Assembly: GCA_951813565.1 (NCBI GenBank) | Contig: OX638351.1 | Location: 2,592,001-2,656,000, forward strand | DNA length: 64,000 nucleotides | Reading direction: 5' to 3' | Source: an uncultured Poribacteria bacterium | GTDB lineage: Bacteria; Poribacteria; WGA-4E; WGA-3G | In this document: piece by piece, positions 39,996 to 48,736 of the stretch | Layout: every line of letters begins with the position of its first letter | How positions within the stretch are numbered: position 1 is the stretch's first letter | Position numbers and translations under genes: made by a program | The notes under the pieces: generated by a model | What the model saw: only the letters and a program-made list of their open reading frames with translations | The model's database searches: none | Told to the model about the DNA's origin: nothing

Positions 39996-40369
39996 TGGTA
40001 CGTCTCCTGTTTTGAAAGCGAGTTCTCAATCGCTGTTTTTAGTGCCTCTTCGGCATAGGTGGCATAACGTTGCTTATCCGCTGGTAGTCCGCCTAAAGCA
40101 TTTGAGATATGTGATGCTGTGATCTCCAGCGCATCTGAAATTCGGCTACCGGTGACCAATTCCGTTAGCACAGAACCGCTGGCAATTGCTGTTGGACACC
40201 CAAAAGCCCTAAACTTCGCTGCAATAACTGCACCATCTGCAATTTTAAGCGTAAGTTTTAGCATCTCTCCGCTTGCAGCGGAGCCGATAGTTGCTGTGCC
40301 ATCCGCATCGGCAATTGTTCCGACATTGCGAGGATTCTCAAAATGCTCCGTCACCTGCGGGGTATGCAT
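39992..40369 (-). CDS. IscU/NifU-N-like protein, degenerate (one Cys)
   Basis: EHFENPRNVG and FRAFGCPTAIAS; the other two scaffold Cys are absent. Confidence 0.85.
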   Translation of the reverse strand: MHTPQVTEHFENPRNVGTIADADGTATIGSAASGEMLKLTLKIADGAVIAAKFRAFGCPTAIASGSVLTELVTGSRISDALEITASHISNALGGLPADKQRYATYAEEALKTAIENSLSKQETYQ

Positions 40370-40423
40370 AACAGCTATCTATCCGAAACGGACAACGTAT
40401 CGCCATGATATATTTTATTACAT

Positions 40424-40452
40424 ATTATACACTATCATCATACAATTGTCAA
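40424..40452 (-). promoter_or_regulatory. Consensus sigma70 promoter for the iscU-like/iscA pair
   Basis: Minus strand TTGACA-17-TATAAT. Confidence 0.75.
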
Positions 40453-40468
40453 ATCCTACTTTAAGCCA

Positions 40469-40968
40469 GGGTGTGTAAAGTTTTTGTAGAAATCCGCACA
40501 ACTCCTATTGTAGGGCGGGTCTCCGGGGAATGCCAAGAGGCATTCGGACCGTTGATTTGGTGCCTGCCCGCTGCATGGCACGTCCTGCACAGTGGCGGTG
40601 CACAGGGACCCCGCCCATAGGCGTCAATTTAAGCACACAATTACCAGATTGCCTCTTGTGGGAGGGCTTTATAAGCCCGATTTATATGTATTTATCGGGG
40701 TTGAAAACCCGACAAATGCCAAAAAGCAGAATCAACGCCGAGCGCGCGTATGGCACTCGTCGCATTTGGCGTTGATTTGGCAGCATGCCAAACGCGCATG
40801 CTGCGTTGATTCGCTCCCACAAGAGGGTATATCCTTAAATTGACGGCTATGGGGCACCAAATCAACGCTATGAATGCCTGTTGGCATTCCCCGGGACCCC
40901 GCTCTACAGTGGAAAACGCCGCGTAATCATTGCAAATTGAACCTATGTAACCAAAACTTTACACACCC
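40469..40968. mobile_element. 500 bp composite MITE with IS256-like ends
   Basis: Perfect 16 bp TIR GGGTGTGTAAAGTTTT; 9 bp target duplication TTTAAGCCA (40460-40468, 40969-40977). Contains REPs, a nested MITE and five micro-elements. Confidence 0.9.
40616..40851. mobile_element. Nested MITE with IS4-like ends
   Basis: TIR CATAGGCGTCAATTTAAG / CTTAAATTGACGGCTATG (1 mismatch). A second copy is at 42431-42666 and a solo end at 42321-42336. Confidence 0.8.
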
Positions 40969-41067
40969 TTTAAGCCAATTTATAGACATTTATAACATTT
41001 TCAGTTAAATTCTGATATAATGCCATTGCAACTTACACATTAAGAACGAATGGAGGAAAATATAGCA

Positions 41068-42096
41068 ATGTATAGGACTGCAATTGTGGGAGGCAGACGT
41101 GGTGTTCACCATGCTCGATGCTACGCTGGCATTGAAAACATGCAGGTAATAGCACTTTGCGAAATTGATGCCAACCGACTCAAAGATGCTGTAGCAGAAT
41201 TGAATGTCACAGGGCACACAGACTACGCAGAGATGTTAAGAACCGAAAAACCCGATATTGTACATGCAGTTACCCAACCGACAGTGCCACGGCATATATG
41301 GATAGAACCTGCCGCCGAAGCAGGCGTAAAAGCATTAGTGATAGAAAAACCGATCGCCCTTAGACCCAGCGAAGCAGAAGCACTTGCTGCTGCACACGAG
41401 AAAACAGGATTAAAGATTATTGTCAATCATCAACGAAGATATCTTCCATTTGCTGAAAAACTACTGGAGTTTTTTGCTGAAGACAGTCTTGGCGACATAC
41501 ACTTCATTCGAGCCTCCACACAAGGCGAGATAACTGATATGGACACGCATTTGATGGATGTTGTACTTTTTGCGCTTAAGGATATTCCTATCACACATGT
41601 GTGGGGTGCTGTTGAAGGTGATGAAATTTACGACGTTCCAAATCTTCAGTGTCCTGAAGATTTGATGGCGATTTATACATTTGAAAACGGTGCCCGTGTG
41701 TTTTTTGAATCCGCTCGAAATGCTTTTGGAACAATAGATTTTCCCGGTAGTAATCCACGCTGTAATCTTGATTTTTGGGGAACAAAAGGACGTATGTGGT
41801 GGCGTGAAAACGGTTCATGGGGATACCAACTTGATGGCCTGGCACACCCATTCGTTGAAAAAACCCATTTTGGAATAGATGACAGATTCGGACAACGCGC
41901 CTTTACACAAGCTATCGCGACATGGCTTGATGACGAGAATCAACCGCATCGCAATAGGTTAGAATTCGCTCTGCTTGGCTTCGATTTGATTATGGCGGCA
42001 TACCGCTCAGCACTGATTGGTGAACGGATTGCATGGCCCCCAAAACTTTCCGATGATGAATGGGTAGAACTTAAGAATCGGGTAGTCGGAAAGTAA
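41068..42096 (+). CDS. Gfo/Idh/MocA oxidoreductase
   Basis: Rossmann N-terminus, EKP motif, NHQRR, D..TH..D. Confidence 0.88.
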   Translation: MYRTAIVGGRRGVHHARCYAGIENMQVIALCEIDANRLKDAVAELNVTGHTDYAEMLRTEKPDIVHAVTQPTVPRHIWIEPAAEAGVKALVIEKPIALRPSEAEALAAAHEKTGLKIIVNHQRRYLPFAEKLLEFFAEDSLGDIHFIRASTQGEITDMDTHLMDVVLFALKDIPITHVWGAVEGDEIYDVPNLQCPEDLMAIYTFENGARVFFESARNAFGTIDFPGSNPRCNLDFWGTKGRMWWRENGSWGYQLDGLAHPFVEKTHFGIDDRFGQRAFTQAIATWLDDENQPHRNRLEFALLGFDLIMAAYRSALIGERIAWPPKLSDDEWVELKNRVVGK

Positions 42097-42101
42097 CGTA
42101 G

Positions 42102-42254
42102 CAGAGCCATTCAGTTTTCGTGTTTTTCTCAACATTTTGGACACGGTCGCGAGCTGGAGCTCGCTCCCGCTAAATACCATAAGTGTATTTGGCGTTGATT
42201 CACAAGAAGAGACCTTTGGTAACAGAGCAATTGCTGAAAAATTGAATGGCTCTG
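42102..42254. mobile_element. MITE with CAGAGCCATTCA ends carrying a REP palindrome
   Basis: TIR CAGAGCCATTCAGTTTT / AAAATTGAATGGCTCTG. Internal GCGAGCTGGAGCTCGC; a third end-like copy at 42268. Confidence 0.75.
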
Positions 42255-42414
42255 ATAACACTGGAAACAGAGGCATTCAATTTTCGTCTAATTATCCATT
42301 TTAGTCGAAAAGTTGGGGACTAAATTGACGCCTATGGGACCTAAAAATCGTTCCCAGATGCACGAATTAATTGTATTTTCTTTTCATTTCATTTGGAACA
42401 TCAGTTAAGGCGAG

Positions 42415-42783
42415 GCACAGGGACCCCGCCCATAGGCGTCAATTTAAGCACACAATTACCAGATTGCCTCTTGTGGGAGGGCTTTATAAGCCCGATTTAT
42501 ATGTATTTATCGGGGTTGAAAACCCGACAAATGCCAAAAAGCAGAATCAACGCCGAGCGCGCGTATGGCACTCGTCGCATTTGGCGTTGATTTGGCAGCA
42601 TGCCGGACGCGCATGCTGCGTTGATTCACTCCCACAAGAGGGTATATCCTTAAATTGACGGCTATGGGGCACCAAATCAACGGTATGAATGCCTTATGGC
42701 ATTCCCCGGGACCCCGCTCTACAGTGGAAAACGCCGCGTAATCATTGCAAATTGAACCTATGTAACCAAATATTTACACACCC
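42415..42783. repeat. 369 bp near-identical copy of 40600-40968
   Basis: Colinear, about 8 substitutions by manual comparison. Includes the right IS256-like end. Confidence 0.92.
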
Positions 42784-42799
42784 CACGCAGGTTAACCAA

Positions 42800-42828
42800 T
42801 TGACACAAAGATATTAAAATGCTATAAT
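42800..42828 (+). promoter_or_regulatory. Consensus sigma70 promoter
   Basis: TTGACA-17-TATAAT with extended -10 TG, upstream of the PhyH gene. Confidence 0.8.
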
Positions 42829-42858
42829 GCCGTAGACAAAATCCCATAGGAGACAAAT

Positions 42859-43671
42859 ATGCTTACCCAAACCCAGGTTGACACGTTCCGTGAGAAAGGC
42901 TTTCTGCTCGGAAATCGTGTCCTAACTGACGAACAGGTCGAAGAATTGCGGTCAGAATTGGCTCGAGTGATTGACGATTACGAAAAAAACGATGTCCCGC
43001 AGCCTGTACGAATTGCTAACCTTGGCGGACGCGAAGAAAGTCCTGTCTGGCAAATCGTTAATATCTGGGAGGCGAGTCCTGCCTACCACCGACTTATTTA
43101 CAATCCAGTAATTGTAGAGGAAATTGGACAACTGACATCGGCTACAGAATTGCGCGTTTGGCACGACCAGATTCAATACAAACCCCCTCAGATTGGCGGT
43201 GTCAATAAATGGCATCAGGATTCACCGTTATGGGGAATACTTATGCCGAAAACGAGTCAGGTAACTGCTTGGGTCGCATTGGACGATGCTAATGAAAGCA
43301 ACGGATGTATGCGTATGGTCCCCGGTTCTTATCACTGGGGCAGTCAGATGGAGTTCTTGCGCACTATCGGAGACATCCACACAATGCATGACAACTTTGA
43401 AGAAAATAAACTATCCGTAGAACTCTGTCCTGTGCCAAAAGGACATGTGCATTATCATCATTCATTGACATGGCACGGATCACATGACAACGCCAGTGAC
43501 GCTGCACGACGTGCTATTGCGGTGCATTATATGACAAGCGAAACGGTTTACCATGAAAGTGGAAATCATCTCATGAAACCTTTTGTTACTGTTAATGGGG
43601 ATGAAAAATTGGCGGGTGATCATTTTCCACTTGTGATGGAGAATGGAACACCGACAAACTCGATGGCATGA
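42859..43671 (+). CDS. PhyH-family dioxygenase (paralog 1)
   Basis: WHQD, WVALDD..ESNGCM..VPGS, HGS..N.S...RRA. Confidence 0.92.
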   Translation: MLTQTQVDTFREKGFLLGNRVLTDEQVEELRSELARVIDDYEKNDVPQPVRIANLGGREESPVWQIVNIWEASPAYHRLIYNPVIVEEIGQLTSATELRVWHDQIQYKPPQIGGVNKWHQDSPLWGILMPKTSQVTAWVALDDANESNGCMRMVPGSYHWGSQMEFLRTIGDIHTMHDNFEENKLSVELCPVPKGHVHYHHSLTWHGSHDNASDAARRAIAVHYMTSETVYHESGNHLMKPFVTVNGDEKLAGDHFPLVMENGTPTNSMA

Positions 43672-43702
43672 TCACTGAGTGTCAAAACACTGCATAATTA
43701 TA

Positions 43703-43947
43703 ACGTGAGTTTGATAAATCCCGTAGGGAATCAACACCGAATGCGCCTACGGCATTCGGTGGGGTAGAACGGAAATGGACAATAAAAACAGACCCTAAAG
43801 AGAGGTTGTTGACCCATTTGAGGACGATATTTCCGAAAAAATAAGTGAAACCCAACTCTTTAGGACTCTCAAGACGGTTGAATTGTTGGGTTTCGCTTCG
43901 CTCTACCCAACGGACATCTATATTCATTTTAATTATCAAGTTCACGT
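43703..43947. mobile_element. MITE with IS982-like ends carrying a REP dyad
   Basis: TIR ACGTGAGTTTGATAA / TTATCAAGTTCACGT; 8 bp duplication TAATTATA; micro-element at 43727-43760. Confidence 0.8.
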
Positions 43948-43997
43948 TAATTATAAATACTTTATCAATAAAAAAGCACATGTTATAGGAGACAAAT

Positions 43998-44804
43998 ATG
44001 CTTAACCAAGCCCAAATCTATGCATTTCGTGAGAAGGGCTTTCTCCTCGGAAGTCGTGTTTTAAACGATGAACAAGTTGAGGAATTGCGGTCAGAATTGG
44101 CTCGCGTTATTGATGACTACAAAAAGGACGATATTCCACAACCGGTTCATATTGTGAATCTCGGAGGCAGGGAAGAAACACCTGTCTGGCAAATTGTAAA
44201 TATATGGGAGGCGAGTTCCGCCTATCATAGACTTGTTCACAATCCTATCATCGTCGAAGAAATTGGACAACTCACATCAGCGACAGAGGTGCGCGTCTGG
44301 CATGATCAAATCCAATACAAACCGGCACAAGTCGGTGGTGTAAACATGTGGCATCAGGATTCACCTTATTGGCCAATTCTTACGCCAAAGACGAGTCAGG
44401 TTACCGGATGGGTCGCGTTAGACGATGTTGATGAAAGCAATGGATGTATGCGAATGGTGCCTGGATCATACCATTGGGGTAATCAGATTTCCTTTCTGCA
44501 TTCTGTCAAAGACATCCATTCAATGCCAAACCACTTTGAAGATCACGAATTGGAAGTAGAACTTTGTCCTGTACCTAAAGGTTATGTACATTATCATCAT
44601 TCCTTAACGTGGCACGGATCACATGATAACACAAGTAAACAACCCCGACGCGCAATTGCAGTGCATTATATGACAAGTGAAACGCTTTATGATGAAAGCG
44701 GAAACCATGTTATGAAACCCTTTGTCACAGTCAATGATGGTGAAAAATTAGCTGGCAACCATTTTCCACTTGTGATGGCATCTGGAAGTCCAATCAGTCC
44801 ATAG
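43998..44804 (+). CDS. PhyH-family dioxygenase (paralog 2)
   Basis: Same motifs; tandem duplicate that includes the RBS ATAGGAGACAAATATGCTTA. Confidence 0.92.
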   Translation: MLNQAQIYAFREKGFLLGSRVLNDEQVEELRSELARVIDDYKKDDIPQPVHIVNLGGREETPVWQIVNIWEASSAYHRLVHNPIIVEEIGQLTSATEVRVWHDQIQYKPAQVGGVNMWHQDSPYWPILTPKTSQVTGWVALDDVDESNGCMRMVPGSYHWGNQISFLHSVKDIHSMPNHFEDHELEVELCPVPKGYVHYHHSLTWHGSHDNTSKQPRRAIAVHYMTSETLYDESGNHVMKPFVTVNDGEKLAGNHFPLVMASGSPISP

Positions 44805-44826
44805 TTTGATCTTATAGGAGATTTTT

Positions 44827-46461
44827 ATGAAAGTTGTTGATGCGGTTGCAAAAGTCCTAAAGACAGAGGGTGTGGAATACTTATTCGCATATCCCGTTAA
44901 CCCGATTATAGAGGCAGCCGCGAAATTGGATATCCGCACCATCATTGTTCGTCAAGAACGCATTGGACTTCACATGGCAGACGCAATGAGTCGAATGACC
45001 TCCGGACAACAGATCGGTGTGTTCTGTATGCAAAGCGGTCCTGGTTCTGAAAATGCATTCGGTGGGGTCGCGCAAGCCTACGGTGATTCTGCCCCTATAG
45101 TTGTTTTACCGATGGGATATTCACGACCATTGTCCCAAATTCAACCTAACTTCAATTCTGCATTAAACTATCGGCACGTTACAAAGTCTTGTGAACAACT
45201 CACAGTGCCAGAAGCACTGCCAGAGGTGATGCGGCGCGCCTTTACACAAGTGCGGAACGGCAGACCGAGACCTGCACTTGTAGAAATTCCCGGTGATTTA
45301 ATGTCGCAGGAAGTGCCAGAACCGTTTGAACCGACACCTGTTCCCACTGTCCGTTATGGTCCCGACAGTGCTGAGATTGAAGCGGTTGCAGATGCCTTGA
45401 TAAATGCAGAATGTCCTGTTATTTACGCTGGGCAAGGGGTTCACTACGCGCAAGCATGGGATGCCTTGAAGGAACTCGCTGAACTCCTTTCTGCACCAGT
45501 TACAACGAGCTTGGGCGGAAAAAGTGCTTTTCCAGAAGATCATCCGTTGGCACTGGGTTCCGGTGGACGTTCTATTCCAAAACCGGTGCATCATTTCCTC
45601 CAAAAGACAGATCTCCTTTTCGGTATCGGATGCAGTTTCAGCAGAACAAACTTCGGTGTAACAATACCGGAAGGCAAACGCGTCATTCATGCGACGTTAG
45701 ATCCAGCAGACATCAATAAAGATGTGCCAGTTGAGGCAGCACTTGTCGGCGATGCACGCTTGATTTTAGAGGGATTGGTAGAGGCTGTTCGCGATCATTC
45801 TGATAACGCATCCGAAAGCCGCACGGCTGCAGTTACAGAAGAAATCAGTAATGTCAAAGCCGAATGGTTGGAAGAGTGGATGCCAAAACTCACCTCCGAC
45901 GAAGTGCCGATGACACCTTATCGCGTAATTTGGGATCTGATGCACACCGTTGATGTCAAAAACACAATCATCACGCATGATGCAGGCAGCCCACGCGATC
46001 AATTATCCCCGTTTTGGCAATGTGAAAATCCCCTCTCCTACATCGGTTGGGGCAAAACGACCCAGCTCGGCTACGGTCTCGGTCTGGCAATGGGGGCAAA
46101 ACTCGCAAAACCGGATGCACTCTGCATCAACGTTTGGGGAGATGCAGCTATCGGATTTACCGGCATGGATTTTGAAACTGCAGTGCGTGAACGAATTCCG
46201 ATTTTATCTGTCTTATTTAACAATTTCTCTATGGCAATTGAAATACCGATTATGCCTGTATCTACCGAGAAATATCGGTCTACAGACATTTCGGGCAACT
46301 ACGCAGATATGGCAAAGGCGTTCGGTGGTTACGGCGAACGCGTTGAAACACCGGACCAAATTATACCCGCTATCCAGCGCGGTATCCAAAAAACACAGGA
46401 GGGTATTCCCGCGCTGCTTGAATTTATCACAGCGAAAGAAATTCAGATTTCTAAGTTCTAA
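44827..46461 (+). CDS. ThDP-requiring enzyme (acetolactate synthase-like)
   Basis: RQER...HMADA, GPG.EN, HDAGSPR, WGDAA.G...NN. Confidence 0.9.
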   Translation: MKVVDAVAKVLKTEGVEYLFAYPVNPIIEAAAKLDIRTIIVRQERIGLHMADAMSRMTSGQQIGVFCMQSGPGSENAFGGVAQAYGDSAPIVVLPMGYSRPLSQIQPNFNSALNYRHVTKSCEQLTVPEALPEVMRRAFTQVRNGRPRPALVEIPGDLMSQEVPEPFEPTPVPTVRYGPDSAEIEAVADALINAECPVIYAGQGVHYAQAWDALKELAELLSAPVTTSLGGKSAFPEDHPLALGSGGRSIPKPVHHFLQKTDLLFGIGCSFSRTNFGVTIPEGKRVIHATLDPADINKDVPVEAALVGDARLILEGLVEAVRDHSDNASESRTAAVTEEISNVKAEWLEEWMPKLTSDEVPMTPYRVIWDLMHTVDVKNTIITHDAGSPRDQLSPFWQCENPLSYIGWGKTTQLGYGLGLAMGAKLAKPDALCINVWGDAAIGFTGMDFETAVRERIPILSVLFNNFSMAIEIPIMPVSTEKYRSTDISGNYADMAKAFGGYGERVETPDQIIPAIQRGIQKTQEGIPALLEFITAKEIQISKF

Positions 46462-46507
46462 CATGTCCGATCAGAGAAACCTCATGGTCGTGACAAAGGA
46501 GTTTGAA

Positions 46508-47278
46508 ATGAAACTTATTACTACTGTTCTTCTCATTGCCCTAAGTCTTAGTGTCAATGCTTGGGCATTAAACGATGATAAGGCACTCATGATGTATCTT
46601 CCTTTTGATGAAGGTACGGGTGAGAAAGCCAAGGATGCGAGTGGAAATAACCTTGAAGCTACTTTGAATGGCGCAACCTGGTCGAAGGATGGCAAAATTG
46701 GTGCATGCATCCAATTGGCAAATACAGAGCAATTTGTTGAGGTTGACGCTGTTCCCGAACTTGATATTACTGATGAACTAACGATTCAAGCTTGGTTTTT
46801 CCCAGAACAAGACCAAGGTGATTCTAACCTGATGGGACGTAGGACAGCAAACAACATTGGCGGATATTGTCTTCAGTGGAGTTCGAATCCTACTGGTGCA
46901 CCGCAAATTGAAACGTGGATGAACGTGGGAGGCGGGTGGCAAGGGTCTCGTAATAAACAGACTATCAAACCCGAGTTGAACGAATGGCATCACGTATCTT
47001 CTACTTTTGACGGTGATATGATCCGCCAATATATTGATGGTGAGTTAGATGTTGAATGGAAACCACCCGGTAATGAGATTTTCAGTGTAGATGTAGTTTT
47101 CCGTATCGGCAAATCCCAGACAGGACTCTCAGGTACAGTATGTCTTGTTGACGAAGTAGCCATTTATAGCCGCGCCCTCTCCGAAGATGAAATCAATCAG
47201 GATATGAACAACGGTGTGTTCTTTGCAGTTGATCCAGGTGGCAAACTCGCCACAACCTGGGCAAACCTAAAGAAGTAA
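46508..47278 (+). CDS. Secreted LamG domain protein with C-terminal KLxTTW motif
   Basis: RBS AAGGAG, signal peptide, FDEG.G...DASGN, WHHV..TFDG...YIDG, DEVAIYSRALS; ends AVDPGGKLATTWANLKK. Confidence 0.88.
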   Translation: MKLITTVLLIALSLSVNAWALNDDKALMMYLPFDEGTGEKAKDASGNNLEATLNGATWSKDGKIGACIQLANTEQFVEVDAVPELDITDELTIQAWFFPEQDQGDSNLMGRRTANNIGGYCLQWSSNPTGAPQIETWMNVGGGWQGSRNKQTIKPELNEWHHVSSTFDGDMIRQYIDGELDVEWKPPGNEIFSVDVVFRIGKSQTGLSGTVCLVDEVAIYSRALSEDEINQDMNNGVFFAVDPGGKLATTWANLKK

Positions 47279-47624
47279 GCCAGACGCATCACTGTTGTTT
47301 ATAGTGAAACCCATAATAATTATTACGTTTTGATCTTTGTGTGAATATCAAATACTGTTTAATTTATAGTGAACTTCGAAAATAAAGATACACATTTTCT
47401 GTAGGAGCGATCTCCGAATCGCGACGAACCTCACTGATAGTCGGGAATCGGAATTCCCTCCTACGTCTGAAAATGTCCCGTTAATTCTAAAGTTTACTAT
47501 AAATGTAAGAGGCGCAATAAATTGCGCGACTACAAACGCTGCTAACCTAAAGAAAATGTAAAAGTATTCGCAATAAGTAGTTTTGGACTTTCAAAAAGCC
47601 CTTAAGCGTTATGGAAATTTATAC

Positions 47625-47861
47625 TTAATAGGGTATGAGAATTCGGAAAAGCACTAAACGGCGAAGACTAATTTCTAACTCTAATCTGCGAGAACTTCTG
47701 CCCCTCCACCTCACATCGGTATAAAAGTTGAGCGCGCTTGATAGATACTTTGCAACGGCAGACAATTCTTCTAATCGTTTTGCCGTTGTGATATGAGTGT
47801 GGTCCAGCTTGTCAAGACCTTATTCTCTAAGTTCTTCTGCCATCGTTGAGTGAGTCTTCAT
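47625..47861 (-). pseudogene. Possible passenger ORF in IS1595 with one internal stop
   Basis: ATG overlaps the transposase TGA; 79 codons with TAA at codon 14. Confidence 0.35.
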
Positions 47862-48736
47862 CTCATACTCTCATTGACAAACTTATCAAAAATGCTCTCA
47901 ATGTTCCTATAGTTGTATTTATAGCACGCCTCTGCGACATATAGGGGCGTGTATTCAGTCCAATAGTGGTGATGACTTCCATACCAAGCACGTTTGAGAA
48001 GTGACCAGAAGCCTTCAATCGTATTGGTATGGACATCACCGTCAACAAATTGTTCTTGATGATCAATGATATGGTGCTTCATCTCTTTACCGAGTGTGAG
48101 ATAAGCCTTATACTCATCAGTCATCAACTGCGATTTATCTACTTTAACAACTTCGCGAATAAAATTTAAGATAGTCCGTCCCGTCAAATCTTTTGCGAGT
48201 CTTGCCACAACTTTCCCACCGCGTTCAATCGCTCCGATGATAGCATCTTTATCAGTGCCACGCCCACGCTTAGCAGGATCCCTGTCCTCTTTTTTGTTCG
48301 CTTTGCGAGGTTTACCCCCGACATAAGTTTCGTCAGCCTCTATGATACCTTGTAAGAGGATATTATCTTTAGCCATTTCAGCACGGATGCATGTTCCCAT
48401 ACGCCACGCAGTCTTTTGATTCAAGTCCAAATCTCTTGCCAACTGATGACTTGAAAGACTCTTTTTAGCATTCGTCATCAACGAGATAGCCAAAAACCAC
48501 TTCTGAAGTGCTATCTTTGTCCCGTGAAACACCGTGCCACAAGTAACCTTGAAAGTAGCAGTGCAATCGTGGCATTGCCAGCGCCCGATGCGTCCCAATT
48601 CCGTTTCTGTTCGTCTTGCAACGTTTGGGCAATCACAATGTGGACACTTCGGTTTACCCTTCCACCGAATACTCTCTAAATGTTCAATACAACTCTCTTG
48701 ATCAGGGAATCGTTCCATCACTTTCAACAAATCCAT
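47858..48736 (-). CDS. IS1595-family transposase
   Basis: Zinc ribbon CPHC...CHDC, EADETYVGG, TDEY..Y, NTIEGFW. Confidence 0.96.
   Translation of the reverse strand: MDLLKVMERFPDQESCIEHLESIRWKGKPKCPHCDCPNVARRTETELGRIGRWQCHDCTATFKVTCGTVFHGTKIALQKWFLAISLMTNAKKSLSSHQLARDLDLNQKTAWRMGTCIRAEMAKDNILLQGIIEADETYVGGKPRKANKKEDRDPAKRGRGTDKDAIIGAIERGGKVVARLAKDLTGRTILNFIREVVKVDKSQLMTDEYKAYLTLGKEMKHHIIDHQEQFVDGDVHTNTIEGFWSLLKRAWYGSHHHYWTEYTPLYVAEACYKYNYRNIESIFDKFVNESMR

Noticed and set aside
40530..40843. ORFs of 81-95 aa repeated at 42371-42658
   Set aside because: They are translations of the non-coding composite MITE, with no RBS or recognisable domain.
45950..46507. Long N-terminal extension of the 442 aa ORF overlapping the ThDP gene
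   Set aside because: Shadow frame; a good RBS and signal peptide place the real start at 46508.
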